A DNA stretch of 64,000 nt, from positions 49,786,001 to 49,850,000 of the forward strand of contig OX638156.1 of assembly GCA_951804945.1 (NCBI GenBank), given 5' to 3'. This DNA comes from Podarcis cretensis. Lineage: Eukaryota. This document shows, one piece after another, positions 34,801-48,104 of the stretch (the stretch's first letter is position 1; the number at the start of each line of letters is the position of its first letter). A program made the translations under genes and the position numbers. The notes below the pieces were generated by a model, which saw only the letters and a list, made by a program, of their open reading frames with translations, had not been told where the DNA came from and ran no database searches.

Positions 34801-37800
34801 GATGGGAAAAGAGAGCAGGATGTCACTGGCTGCTACTGCACCACCACAGTGAGATGAGCAGCTGCCTCAGGCTCTCATCCGGAGCAGAGGCAGCCTCACT
34901 GATGGAGGTGAGCTGCAGCGGGAGAGAGGGAAAGATGATGACAGAGAGACCAGACCCTGTACTGTAGGCTCTCCCAGGCTAAGCGGCTGGCCTACCTGGT
35001 GGCTAATCCAGTTGATCTCCACACTATGAGATCCTGCCATGAGAAATGATCCTGGAGGGCTGTCCTTGCCCTCTGGAGATGCTCAATAGCCCACCCCCTT
35101 ACAGGGAGGAAGGCTCCACTCAGCCCAAAGTCTCTAGGCAGGACATACCTGGACAGGGGTGCTCAGGTTGCTAACGCTGATCTGGCTGCCCTCAGAAAGG
35201 AGGTTCAGTTCAGCTACAGCTCCTGTGGCCCCTTCCCCAGAGCTCGGGGGAAAGGGGCTGCCCAGGAAGCTCACCATCTAAAGAGAGAGGGAGAGAAGAA
35301 GAAAGGGCAGCGCCACTGCTGAGGGGGCCTGACCCACCAGCCATGCCTGCTCGGCCACATGGCCACACTCGGCAGGATGGCTGGGCGCTCCCCCCCCCCT
35401 CACGCTCTGCTCCCCATTTTTGGAAACATGGCTGCTTACTGTTGGAAGCACTGGGTAGGTAGATTGAGTAGGGCCAAGTCAGGGGGCCTTGGTTGCAGGG
35501 GTGTTGGCAAGGGGGTGTCATGAAATGTTTGGAGTCCAACCCAGAAGCATGAGGCTCCAGAAGAGGGAGGGAGGGAAGATGCCTCTGGGTGCATCATCAG
35601 GCTGATCTGAAGGAGCCAAGTCGCTTCTGAGTGCTGGGCCCCAGTGCATTCCACAGCACAGCAAGTGACTCGTTGCCTGGGTGCTCTCTGCCTTCCTTCT
35701 CCTCCTGGGGTAGCAGCAGATGCCAGAGGAGAGTTTGCGTTTCATGGAAAGGGAAGGCCCCTGTGCCCAGTCCAAAGGAGAGGGCCAGCCACACACTCCT
35801 GCTCCGTCTTACCTGCACATCCACTGGGATATTCTGTGGCATGACGGCGCCCAGTGCAGACTGCCCTGGCAAAATGACTCTGGCTGCCCATGGGTTGCCA
35901 GGGAAGGAGAACGCCATATTGCCCAGCCTGGAAGAGTTCACCCTGAGCCAGGGAGACAAAGAGAGTTAGGGTTAGAGCCAGGGCACAGCAGATGGTGCCT
36001 GGGATCAGGGTGCCTTAGGAGAGTTGCCAATCTGCAGGACAGCCAGGCAAATGTGAGCCAGCTGCCATGATGAGGGAAGGGCAGATGGCTACCTCAAGGC
36101 CTTTTCCCTTGGACACTTCCTGCCAAGATCTTTCTCCCTTCCCTTCCCAGACCAGTCAAGCTTCCTACCTTCCCCGTTACCCAGTGGCTGCAAGCCTGGT
36201 AGCTTACCTGTGTGTATAGATGCTGATGAGAGGCGTCTCCATGGTGATGGCATCACTGCTGCCCCCCAGTTCCTGAAGAGCTTGCTCCAGCTTGTGAAGG
36301 ATCTGCATCAGAGTGCCAGTCAGGGCCTCATGCTGCTGGAGGGAGAAGTGGGCAGTTACTGGGCACTCAATCTCCATCCAAGATGGGGCAATATGGGATG
36401 AAGGGACCTGTCCCTCCCCACCAGGGCACCCGGGAGTGTGGCATATCCTCACCTGGATGTTGATGTTGGGTGAGCAGGGGCCCAGAATGACCTGCAGGAG
36501 CCGGCTGGTGCCATGGACTGCCAGGAGGTTGAGGAGGTGCCAGTGTGGGGAGGCTGGAGGCCTCCTTTTCAGCAGGTCCTCACTGACAGCCTGAAGAAAC
36601 CCCACCTCCTCTTCCTGGCACGCAAAGGCACATAATGTTAATGTTCCTCCATGCCCATGCATTGCCCATGACCCTCAGCACTAATGGGGATCCCTCGACT
36701 CCTTCTATGAGATGTTCCCCATTACCTCTCTTGGAGGAAAGAGCTTCTTAGGACTTGGCCTGACTCTTTCTTCAGGTTCCCCATGGGAGCTACACAGCCT
36801 TTGGAGTTGGGGCTCAGTCCCTTCTGGGGCATCCGCCCTCCCCATGGGCCCAATCATACCAGCTCAGAGGCACTCCAGGCACCATTGTTCACCGGCAGTG
36901 TCAGTCGCTGGAGCAGCTCCTGCAGGCAGAATCAGGAGTTTGGGCTCAAATGCTGGCAGGCAAATGCAGATCACTGAATAAGGGATTCCCGGCCTACATA
37001 AGGCCTGTGCTAACCACCAGAAGAGAGGTTGGCTGTCTTGAGCCAGAGGAAGGTTGGTGGCTCTGCTGTGGGCCTCAATGGGGCTGGGCTGAAGGGGGTC
37101 CCCTCCCCAGATACTCCCTCCCAGTGGGGCTCTTTTACCTGCTGCCAGGTCCTGGGAACAACATCCTGCAATGCCTCCCTGATTGCTGATGTCTCTGGAG
37201 GCAAGAGGAGAAGTATGAGCAAGAGTATTTTCTCCCCTCAGGGTCTGCCTACACAGAAACAGGCTTTTTGGCCTCCATAAACACAAACTCCTTGCGGTGA
37301 GCCTGTCTCAACAAGCTGCTTCCTTTCAGGGGAAAACCACTGCCCTGACCGGCAAAAGGATCAGCCTCATGATAAGGGAACCACTGGCTACTAGTTATAT
37401 TCCTGCTTTTACATTATTACAGTTGCTTATTTTCATCCTGAGCATTGCTTCAGGCTCTTTCCATGGAAGAGGTAGAACATGGCAATAAAAGTTTATCTGA
37501 AATAAAACTTGTTAAAAACAGTTAATCACGGGTGCCTTGCCCCTTGGGCACAGCTTAAACAAATACCATTTGTAAATGTTGGAGTTGTAATTCTGTACAG
37601 GCAGACTGAAAACATATATTTTGGTTTTGCTGACATCTACAATCTTTTGGAAAAGATGGTCTATGAGAAATAAGATAAAATACCCCTTTCAGCCCCACAA
37701 ATATTATTTTAGGGCATTTAAAGGGTTTGTTAAAATAAGCAGAATGACCCAAGATGATCAGCCTCTCACAATTGCTTATAATTGCAGATGACCTACTCTT

Positions 37801-39234
37801 CAATGCATTATTTCAGAAATCAATAAATCCCCACATCACCTGGGTACTTCTGCTTATCACCCAGATGCCGCCGCATGAGCCTTTGTGGCCTCTGCCCCAT
37901 GGAGGTCAGATCCTGGAGGCAGACAGAGAAAAAAGAGTGGGACAGAGCAGTGCCACTGTGCCAGGTAGGATATGTCACCCAAATAGCTTTCTTGGAAGGG
38001 GCAGGGCAAAGAGTTCCCTGTTAGGAGCTTGCCCAGGAATCATGCCCAAAGGAATTGTCTGGAGGGTGGCTAAGAGGTGGCAGACAGGCTGTTTTTATTG
38101 CCCCCCCCCCCCTGCCTTGGTGCATCTGCTGGAGTTTGGTTTCAGGCAGCAGGAGGGAAAGCCTATTTGCTTTGGACTTGGAGGGAAGAGAACTGGCCAC
38201 CATCACCTACCAGCTGAGCCTTCTGTTTTTGCCAAGGCCTGGAGCTGTTGGCACTCCTGGCCACTTTGACTGGGCATTCACCTCCCTCCACAGGACCTGC
38301 AAAAAAGACCATCCTGAAAGGGAGCCCCTCCTGGGTCAGGAGGAGCAATCTCTGTCCTCAGAGGTGGGGTGGAGTGGGGGTGTCACAATCCCACCCTGGC
38401 AGCCCAGCTGGCCTCTCACCAAATTCGCAGATGAAAGGATGCCTCTGGCGGCACGTGGGCCCGGTAGCCTCCTGCAGCAGGCCCAGGCTGGAGAGGAAGG
38501 TGCAGGTGGGGGGCTGATGGTGAGCCCCATGCAGATGAGGCTGGGCTCCTGGGCAAAGACACAAGAGGCTGCCATGGGCATGGTGGCAAGCTGGGCAGGG
38601 CAAGGTGAGGGCCTTGCCCTCTTGTAAGATCTGACCACAGTAGGCAGAGCGGGGTGGTATGCCCTTGACAGAGCAGATGAAAATAAGCAGAATTCTACAC
38701 TACAAGCAAAAGAGCCAGCTCTCTGCAGCACAGTGCCCCCCACCTCCACACCCTGCCCCTCAATGTGGCTCCCCAAATCCCAGCCTTTAACCACAGCCAA
38801 GTCAGCTGTGTAAAGGGACCTGGCCTTTGTGATAGAAACCAGGACGCACCCTCCACCCTCTGGAGTAGAAACAACTTCCCACCTCTGCCCAGCCCTCTCT
38901 GGTGCCCCCACAGGACTGACTTACCTGCCACCGCAGGCTTGGTTGGGCCCTTGGAGACCCACCAGCCTCCAGAGGGCCCTCTCAGCTGCCCCCTCCTCCT
39001 TCTCAGAACACCCCATGTCCCTGTCACCTCCCAAGGGACCTGTGCCAAGTGCCCTCCCCATCGGCCACAGGCAGCCTGGGCATCCTCAAAAGCCAGTCTT
39101 TCCTGAGCAAGCTGGTAGCAATATCCTTGGTGCTCCCTTAGCACAGCCTCAGGCGTGGTGACAGGCACAGCAGTCCTGCACAGGGCCCAGAGCAGCAGGG
39201 CTAAGCCGGGAGCTGTCTGTCGCCTCAGTGCCAT
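28855..39234 (-). CDS. Second polycystin-1-family gene (PKD1L2/PKD1L3-like), C-terminally truncated after TM5; 22 coding exons, ~1123 aa
   Basis: Exons (- strand): 39234-38925, 38548-38420, 38296-38211, 37912-37840, 37194-37139, 36919-36860, 36614-36453, 36335-36208, 35942-35813, 35277-35149, 34796-34589, 34473-34289, 34059-33829, 33289-33185, 33100-32946, 32613-32464, 32264-32062, 31621-31428, 30440-30296, 30247-29989, 29900-29714, 28941-28855; all GT-AG, phase-consistent, no internal stop found (3372 nt). Signal peptide MALRRQTAPGLALLLWALC, C-type lectin (CYQLAQERLAFEDAQAACGRWGGHLA...CRQRHPFICEF), GPS (WREAGCK..HCLCTHLSFFGSSF), VTRVQGLSC, LPWWGAWVGW, QPLKVISFAIFCALILKKAEDEDE..DR*. The two GPS exons are the same size (185, 231 nt) as in the adjacent PKD1L3. 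Confidence 0.8.
30621..31115 (+). mobile_element. Putative solo-LTR-like repeat (related copy at ~47115-47540)
   Basis: Both copies start tgaaggggttaa(a)gacca(t/c)ag and carry an aagtaaa...tttaaacttact polyA-like block; AT-rich compared with the flanking gene. Ends and TSD not resolved. Confidence 0.35.
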
Positions 39235-41499
39235 CTCAACCTGGCAGGATAGGCAAGATGGTCCCAGCAGGGATCTGCTTGCTCCTCTGGCTAGAAGCCC
39301 ACATGAAACACAGGAGAAGGAAGAGGCCAAGCCCTCCCGGTGTCTCTGTTTGCCCATGGAAATCAAGGGGGCAGCTGGGCAGCTTCCACAAACACTGGGC
39401 AGGGAAATTTGACTCTAGGAGGAAGAGGAGGATGACAAAGCTTGTGGGCCGAGATTGTGGTGGGGAGGGCACATAGGAATAGATCACATCTGCAATCTTT
39501 TTGGAAATAGGTTCCAGGGAAATTTGACATTATTTTTTGCCATCTTAAACAGAGTGTGGACACCATCACCAGAGAAAGCTTCTCTACTTTATTCTCTCTT
39601 TAAAATTATGTATACCAGCCTTGCCCAAGCCGGTACCCTTTGGACTACCACTCACCTAGTCCCCAGCTGGCACAACCTTGTGATACTAGAACTGATGGGA
39701 GTTGTAGTCCAAAGCATCTTCAGGGCACCAGCTGGGAGAGGGTTGATGTATGTCAAATGTGACCTTGAAGTCCCAGGCTGTTTTGCATTATTACATGTTG
39801 TTTCCCTTTAAAAATATAGTCCAAACACACAGCAGCCTTTCTGGGGAGAAACCCCTGCCTTCAGCCTCATATATTGAATGCGCTTCTTTGATCACAGTGG
39901 TTAGATAGCAACAGTTCTGCTGTAAAAATCTGAGTGAAATTCAAGATCTCCACCAGCACACAGGAGCATTATCTTTTGAATGTTTTTAATTCCTGTTTTT
40001 AACAGTCTCCTATTGTTTGACTTTAATTTTAATTAACCACTTAGATATTTTATTACAATCAAGTGGCATGTGGGTTTTGTTAAATAATTAAAGTTACCCT
40101 CAGAAGTATGTGTTCCTATCGATTAGTATAAAATAATGCCCTCCAAAATGTTATGAGGTTGATCTGATACCAATTGCTCCTGCTTCTCTCACTGTGCTGC
40201 CATGTTCTCCTCCTCCTCACTCCCAGGTTTATTGCTCTCGCACTGGCTCCCCAGTCTCACATTTGCAGGAAGGGGAGGCTAGGAATGCATCTGGCTGGGA
40301 AAGTGTGGTTTGCAAAACAACAGGAACTGTGACAACAACAGGCTGGAGCTGGAGGCAGGTAAATTTTTTTGACTGTGCTCACCTTGCTTTTAGTAAACAA
40401 AGTTTTTATTCCCCCCTTTCAAAAACCTGGCAAACCTGGTCAACCAGAGACAAGAGTAGAAGGAAAGAATTGAGTACAAACACCATTAATGGTTTAAGAT
40501 GGGAAGGATGTAAATAATAAAATTATTATTTTTTATTAATTACCTGTCTCCAGGCTGTTACTGTTTGGGGCGTGGACTTCAATACATTCCTGGCAAATTG
40601 AGGTGGTGCAGTTCAAGTGGATTGGGCCCTCTTACATATGAAAGCTGCTTCCAAATAAAAAGGGATTTTTGTAGTAAGGAAAGCGCTGGGGCAATGCCCT
40701 GGAGAGTGTGGTATAAAAAAAATGCTTGATAAGGTATCATACAACCTCCCACAAACAAATCAGGAAGAACGTTCAATAAACAGGTTGTCTACCGAAATCA
40801 ACCTGTTGCTGTTCCTCTCTCTTAATTAGTTATTCTCCATCTTCCCTGAGTTCTGGAAAACTGAGGCCTGTTGTGAACTGGGCAATTTGTTTTAATTTTT
40901 GAGATACGAGTTTTCCAATATACCACACTTGCACAAAACAGTGGTTTTTTAAAAAAGTGAGTGTGTTGCCTCAGGCCCATGGAGGCAGTTTGCCAATGAA
41001 AGTACAGGACTTAGTAACAGAGGGTTACTAGAGGGTTAATAGAGGGCATCCAGAAAAAACATCACCAGGTTTTTTTTATAATAAAAATACTCGTCCACAC
41101 AATGTTGGCCTTTTTTCCCCCTACGAAATTTTCTTTATATCCTTTGCTGCGTTATCTGTATATTGGGGAAATCCAAATTAAAGCAGCTGTGGGTAGGATT
41201 CAGGCTGCCATTTGAATGAGGACAATGTGTGGCTGCACTGAATCCACTTTAAACTGCTGTGTGTACATATCCCACAAGAGGGTGCTGAAGAGCAGGACTA
41301 GGAAGCAGGTGATGATTCCTCTCTTGGCAATCCAGCAAAGGCTTGAGGGTTAACCCGTTTAGCCTTGGCTCTGGCCAACAGATGAACAGCATCATGGATG
41401 GTTCCCCCCCCCCCCCGCTTGAATCTAGTCTGGTCGTAGGTATGAAGGGAGTAATGGCCAGAGACCTGCTTGGCCAGAGTGTATTGCTACAAAACAGGC

Positions 41500-41608
41500 A
41501 TTATTATTATTATTTGACTGATGTTTTAACGTATTTTTAATATTTTGTTGGAAGCCACCCAGAGTGGCTGGGGAAACCCAGCCAGATGGGTGGGATATAA
41601 ATAAATAA

Positions 41609-41647
<39 letters not shown>
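41500..41647 (+). mobile_element. LINE (L2/CR1-clade) 3' end with (ATT)n microsatellite tail at ~41609-41647
   Basis: ggaagccacccagagtggctggggaaacccagccagatgggtgggatataaataaataaa followed by about 13 ATT units. Confidence 0.6.
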
Positions 41648-42767
41648 GGCACACACTTCCTATAACATTCAGGGCTTAGCTCAGGGATGGGGAAATGTTC
41701 TGCTCTTCACTAAAATAATCCCAGAGCAGGGTGTAGCAAAATACTGACTCGAAATTACATGAAGTCAATAAGAAGATTAAAACATCAAAAACAATACAAG
41801 TCACATCATGGATCCAGCTAGTAGGGATGCCCACCTTCTTCATCATGAGAACATGATGCTGGACTATTCGCATACTGGAGGTTGCTGTTAGGCTCTAGTT
41901 TGGCACAACTAACAGATCTTTCAAAAAGTCTTTGGGGAAAGTTGTCACATTGTTATGCTTCCAAAAGGCTGTAATGAAAGTGGAACAGCCATTTAAACAT
42001 GGCGAAACACCTCACGTGTAGGACTCTTTCACCTTGGGCACCAGAACGGGTTTGTTAAACTGGTTTTATTACATGAATCATGAACACTATCCTTGGCCAG
42101 GGCGGATACCCGCAGGGAACAGAGCACATGGGTGGAACACCAATAAATTACCTGTTCTGCATTTAAAATAAACACCTGCTGTCATCCACTTAAAGAGATC
42201 CTAACTGTGCTCCTACTACACAAGCAAAATATCCGTTTAAAATTCAATGTGAGCTTTGCATTTCCATAGCCTTGCGGAGTTCCAGAAATAGCTTGCTTGC
42301 AGCATTGTCATATCTAGTCCTGTTGGAAAAGTGTATTTTTTAAAAAATTAAACGTGCAATTGCAAATCATGAAAGCTTCAAACGCTGTAGTTGGGAATTA
42401 CTTTTTAATTAATGTTTGAAAGGTTGTTGTATTTCCCTTTCTGGGGGCTGCATGTTCTGTTTGCAGATAACAAAGATAGCAGAGGTGTTGCCTTCCTTCC
42501 TTTATGCTATAAAATCTTTGGGATACGGGTGGCACTGGGGAAGGGTGGGGTACCGAGAGGGCTAAATGCCCACCAATGGAATTGCTTGCCCACCATGTGT
42601 AAATTAGAAAGACAGTGAAAAAGGCTTGTTTCTACTCCAGAAGATGGTCATCTGCCAGACCAAGCTCACCCTCTGAGAGCTCCACTTGCCTCTTTTTTTG
42701 CCCACCCTGCTGCCTGATGCAGCTGCCTCACTCTGCCCCAATTGCACCACCTTATTCTCATCACTAT

Positions 42768-43134
42768 GGGACGCAGGTGGCGCTGTGGGTTAAAGCCTCA
42801 GCGCCTAGGACTTGCCGATCGAAAGGTCGGCGGTTCGAATCCCTGCGGCGGGGTGCGCTCCCGCTGCTCGGTCCCAGCGCCTGCCAACCTAGCAGTTCGA
42901 AAGCACCTCCGGGTGCAAGTAGATAAATAGGGACCGCTTACCAGCGGGAAGGTAAACGGCGTTTCCGTGTGCGGCTCTGGCTCGCCAGAGCAGCGATGTC
43001 ACGCTGGCCACGTGACCCGGAAGTGTCTCCGGACAGCGCTGGCCCCTGGCCTCTTAAGTGAGATGGGCGCACAACCCCAGAGTCTGTCAAGACTGGCCCG
43101 TACGGGCAGGGGTACCTTTACCTTTACCTTTACC
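42768..43134 (+). mobile_element. Sauria SINE, full length, young
   Basis: gggacgcaggtggcgctgtgggttaaa...ggttcgaatccc (A/B boxes)...(accttt)n tail; 13-bp TSD tattctcatcact (42753-42765 / 43135-43147). Confidence 0.9.
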
Positions 43135-46100
43135 TATTCTCATCACTTATAAATTTATCTGTGTCAAGATGAGCTCTTGTACTACAGAATTTACCATTAT
43201 ACCACTATCTATTAAGCTAAAGGAGGCACATTTTCACCAGTTCACGTTATGCAGAAAAAGAGTTAGAGAGAGCAGCTGTAGCTATTGGCAGCAAATAAGG
43301 TGCTGGATCCAGACAGCCGTAAGAGCAGGCCCATTGAACTCAATGGGACATACTGGATCCAACAACTTTGACAAGATGTCAGCTGTTGCTTGTCATAACT
43401 TCTGCAGTAGGAATGGAGCGAAAAGAAAACTTCCCTTCTTTTTAAACAACGTGTCTCATTCTAAGTGTTATTTATTTGTGTGTCAATCATGCTCCTCTCC
43501 CCACTGTTTTATAATTTTCCATTTGGCAGGCTCTGGTATAAGTATGTGTTTTTCCTCATTCTTCTTCCAGTGAGCTATGGAATGGGGAGTTTCAGCTGAG
43601 GCCCAAGAGAGATCTGTGGAATTCCCTCCCCCTTCATATTCTTTGACAGCCACTGAGGGAAAGGGGTAGGAGGAAGACAACAGTGGTGGGGTCCATCTTG
43701 GGTCTTATCAGGCTAGTCAGAAATGAGTAAGTCACACACATCCCAAGCCTTTATTTCCCAGGACTCCCAACTAGGAGTTGTGTAGAAACTCTGTTCTCAT
43801 AAAGGCAGTGGCATTCTCAGGAAAAAAAACAAAAAACAGTTTCTATCTTTTTTCTTTTCTTTTTAATAGTAACTGAAGAATTATGTGGGATTGTGTAGCA
43901 CTGGCCCAACAGCACAGCCCATTCAAGTGGTGCCACTGCTTACCCTAGGACAGTCTTTGCCAACCCGTCGCTCTCCAGATGTTTCAGACTTCAGCTCCCA
44001 TGAACCCCAGGCAGCATGGCCCTATGATGCTGGGGCTTATAAGAGCCATGTCCACAACATCTGGTTGCATCCAGTAGTGAAGCCTGCTTGAGGCTAATGG
44101 GGTGGCCAGCTGTCAATGCCTGAGTGTACTTGCTTGAGACAGACATGGGATGGTGCTTTCTGTCAGCTCTGATCTGAGAGCTTCCCAGAGCCACTTCGTG
44201 AAACAGTTCTGGATGAGGTGGCCCATCACAATACAGTCAATCAATTGTTATGTATTCATGGGAGACAGTTTTGAACTCATACACTAAACTACTTAGGAGC
44301 AGGAACATGTCACCTGTGGATCAGGGAATTAGGATACAGTGGCCCATTCCCATGGATGTTTGCCTCAAAGTCAATATAACTGTGTTCAGTGAGGTTTGCT
44401 TCCACTTAATTCTGCAGAGGATTGCTGCAGACGTGATATAAATAAGGACAATCGTGTAAAACATAACTTTTTTTCAGTCCATAAACTTCTTGCACCACCA
44501 GGCCTGTTTTGTCTCCAATCTCCAAAAGGAAAAATTTTAAAAAATTAATTCGTTTATCTGAAAACTTTGTTTCCACCATCTGATCAGGTGCCTTTGGTGA
44601 CAATAAACACACATGAATACAGTATGACGTTCTTTCCCTCAAAGAAGTGGCACACACACACAATCCGGTTGCTAATTGTGTTATTCTTTATCCAGCATGG
44701 TCAGCAGTGAGATAACTGTCAGCATCCTACTACCTCCTGGCACCTCTAAAAAGAAAGCAGGGAAGGTGGGGGAAGAGTCACCAGGTTGATGTCCACTCAC
44801 TCGCCTTCTGTTATGGTGTCATCATCATTCCCAGCCAAGAAAGTCTCTGGTTTTGCTGTGCCAAAAATGGGCCAGGAAGAAACAAATTACAGTCATGTTT
44901 TTGCTTGTTGTCTTGGCTACATGATTTATGAGCCTCAGTGCAGCGATTAGAGATGAAAGAAAACATTCCAGGCCCAGGACCCACACATTGCTAAGGTCTT
45001 GTGTGCCTGGCCTTCTGCAGGAGTTACTGTAAAAGCAGGCGGGAGGGAGGGGGTCATAGGAAGTGACCCCACCCTCCCAAAAGGAAAATTACAAGGGGCA
45101 CACTGGTGAGCACATATACTGGGTGCCAAGTGCCTCGTGGCTGCTGCTGTATGAAACTATCCCTGCCTGGAGAGAATCAAGAGCATTTTCTAGGCCCTAC
45201 TGTGGGTAACAGCTATGCAATTATTGGCATCAATAAAGGCAACATGGGAGAGTAAGCTACATGCATATATAGATACATAATTGTATTTGTATGCTGCCTT
45301 TCCACAGTTCAAACCACGCTCAAGGCAGTTTACAACATGAATATGTAATTACAACATAACAAAAGTCATGAACAATAAACAAAACATTAAAAAAATACAC
45401 AGAACCAAACAGAACAATGTCCACATAAATCACAACAAGATCTAAAATAAAGATACGAAAAACCAAGAGCAAGCCCCCCCCCCCGCCAGAACATTTTGTG
45501 AAGCTTCAGCTTTTGTTGCTAGAGTCAGTCAGGGGCCCACCTTCCCAGGCCAGGTGGAAAAAAAGTCTGCAAGGGAGGGATCAGGACATCTAGGACTCAC
45601 AGCCAAGACGGAGGAGTTTGCATGTGGAGAAACGAGAAAGTGGGCTTAAAGGTCTAGCCAGAGAAGATTCTTCTGTATGACAAAGTTGACAATGGTCATG
45701 ATCCTCAGCCCAAATGCCAAATTCCTTCGATCCTTCTCTGTCATAAGACCACATGCTTAACTGTGAACAAGAGGGAAGGGCAGGAACATAGTTAAGGTTG
45801 CTGTAGAAAGTGGTTGGTTTAATGGCTGTGGTTTAACAAGCAGAGGGAAATAATCTTTACTTAAAGAATAAGAACATCAGAGAGAGAGATTTTTGAGGAG
45901 TAAACATCAGAGAGACAAAGGTCAGCAGCATTATCATCAGAAAGAAAAATAGTCTGCCATCTCTTCTCCTTACCTGGCTCAGTCAACCACTTCTCCCTTA
46001 TGTCTGCTTATCCATGACAGAAATTTGTTGCCTTTGAAGGGCCCTGAGCACATGTATAGGGTGTTGCTGATGGAATGATTTCCAGCAGGATCATGCCCCA

Positions 46101-46623
46101 GAACCACTCTTATTAGTAATAAGCCACTATTTATTTGGTATGTCAGAGGAAGTTTCTGCTTTCTGCCAGAGTATTCCACAGGAACAAGGACAGTAACTGG
46201 TTTGAGGAAAGGTTTGATCTACTCCATAAGACATCAAACCACAGACGAGAAAAGTGTAACTCTGGAAGGTAGTAAAAGGACTTAAGCAAGAGCAACTACC
46301 TCTAATTAGCAGATCTACGTAGAGGAAAAGACAAAATGGCAAATAAGGTAGACCTTGCTGGTGTAATTATTTAGGCATAATTCTCTGTTCTAGCCTTCCA
46401 CAAATTGGTGTCCTCCAGATGTTTTGTACTATAGCTCCCACCCACCCCAGCTAGTACAGATGTAAGCTGTGCTTAAAAACATTTGGAGGGTGCCTGGTTG
46501 AGGGAAATTGTTCTGTTGCATCCTACTTAGGGGCTTATTGATTTCATGTCTGGTTTTTACAGCTGCTGCTATCATCTGTTTTATAAGTACAATTGGATTT
46601 TTGGTTACCACTAGCATGAGCCA

Positions 46624-46990
46624 GGGACGCGGGTGGCGCTGTGGGTAAAAGCCTCAGCGCCTAGGGCTTGCCGATCGAAAGGTCGGCGGTTCGAATCCCC
46701 GTGGCGGGGTGCGCTCCCGCTGCTCGGTCCCAGCGCCTGCCAACCTAGCAGTTCGAAAGCACCCCCGGGTGCAAGTAGATAAATAGGGACCACTTACTGG
46801 TGGGAAGGTAAACGGCGTTTCTGTGTGCTGCGCTGGCTCGCCAGATGCAGCTTTGTCACGCTGGCCATGTGACCCGGAAATGTCTCCGGACAGCGCTGGC
46901 CCCCGGCCTCTTGAGTGAGATGGGCGCACAACCCTAGAGTCTGTCAAGACTGTCCCGTACGGGCAGGGGTGCCTTTACCTTTACCTTTAA
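46624..46990 (+). mobile_element. Sauria SINE, full length, same subfamily as 42768
   Basis: Near-identical to the 42768 copy; 9-bp TSD catgagcca (46615-46623 / 46991-46999). Confidence 0.9.
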
Positions 46991-47114
46991 CATGAGCCAA
47001 GTTGGTAACCTCCATGTTTTCTATGGCCAAGTCGCTGTCCATTTCAACTGGGTAATTATTGTGGGAGTTGTTTGCAGTCAAAGCTAACAATGCATACCTA
47101 TGCTAGTTAGTAAA

Positions 47115-47540
47115 TGAAGGGGTTAAAGACCACAGAGCTGTAAATTACTAGAGAAGGGACAGATAGGTCACACCCCCTCAGATTTGGGAATAAGTATTGT
47201 CTGTTTCTTGTTCCTTTCCTTCTTCTGTTGAACCATGTAAGCTGAGCAGAGGTTTGAGACTTGGACTCCAGACTTAGGCCGCATGTTTGAGATTAGTATT
47301 TGCCTTTTGTAATCAATAATCTACTGCCTGAGTTGTTTCTGCTGTTGTATTGAACAATGCATGAGTGAGACATGTGTTTACTGTAAGTAAAGCATTTAAA
47401 CTTACTAAAGTTTGTGGTCTATTCACTCCGAGAAAGCTAGAGGCAGAAGAGAACTGTAAGCACATTGCACTTGGACATTTAAAGGTCTAATAAGCTATAT
47501 TTCCCACACTTTGCAAATGCTGCATAGATCTGAGTTTTAA
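47115..47540 (+). mobile_element. Putative solo-LTR-like repeat
   Basis: Shares start motif and internal layout with 30621-31115; boundaries approximate. Confidence 0.3.
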
Positions 47541-48104
47541 ACTCTTCTGGGGGCTGTTTTGGCTACAGAGTGCGTAAAGTCCCATGTTTGTTTGTTTTTA
47601 TTCTAAGCAGTCAGCCGTATTTTCTTTGTAGTTCCCCACACAAATGGGACTTCAGGAATAACTAGCATTCCCCAGTTATTTCCCAACAATTATGATCTCA
47701 ATGGGCTTGTTCATTTGACAGCTCTGGTCTTATTCCTATGGGTAGTTTTCAAGATCCAAGTCCAATCTGTGGTAAAGCACAAGACTGAGTAGGACAACCA
47801 TAAATTACATTTCACTCTGCTTGAATTTGTGAAAGGAATGTGGAACTGTTAAGGCATTTTGTATGGCTGACCCTTGGTGGGGCTGAAACTCCCATGATCT
47901 CAAAGCAGCACCTGTTATGTAGCCATCAGAGTAGGTATCAACAATGCAGATATTAGGTACAGGATGTGTGGAAGGCTTCCAGCAGAGAAGGAGTAATATT
48001 CATGAAGATCTAAGAGCTAATTTTCAGAAATGTTTTGAAATAGAAGGACTGATGCCTTTAAGATGTAGCACTCATACCTGAGCCCATGTGAATGTTTATA
48101 ACTA

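Noticed and set aside
10014-39412. Numerous + strand ORFs across the polycystin genes
   Set aside because: Antisense shadows of GC-rich - strand exons.
42768-42845. tRNA-like A/B boxes
   Set aside because: Head of a tRNA-derived SINE, not a tRNA gene; the same applies at 46624, 52938 and 22700.
45974-46200. Exon-like segment with a strong - strand donor (CAG|gtaagg)
   Set aside because: No recognisable product or clear acceptor; it could be a UTR or lncRNA exon but is unsupported without transcripts.
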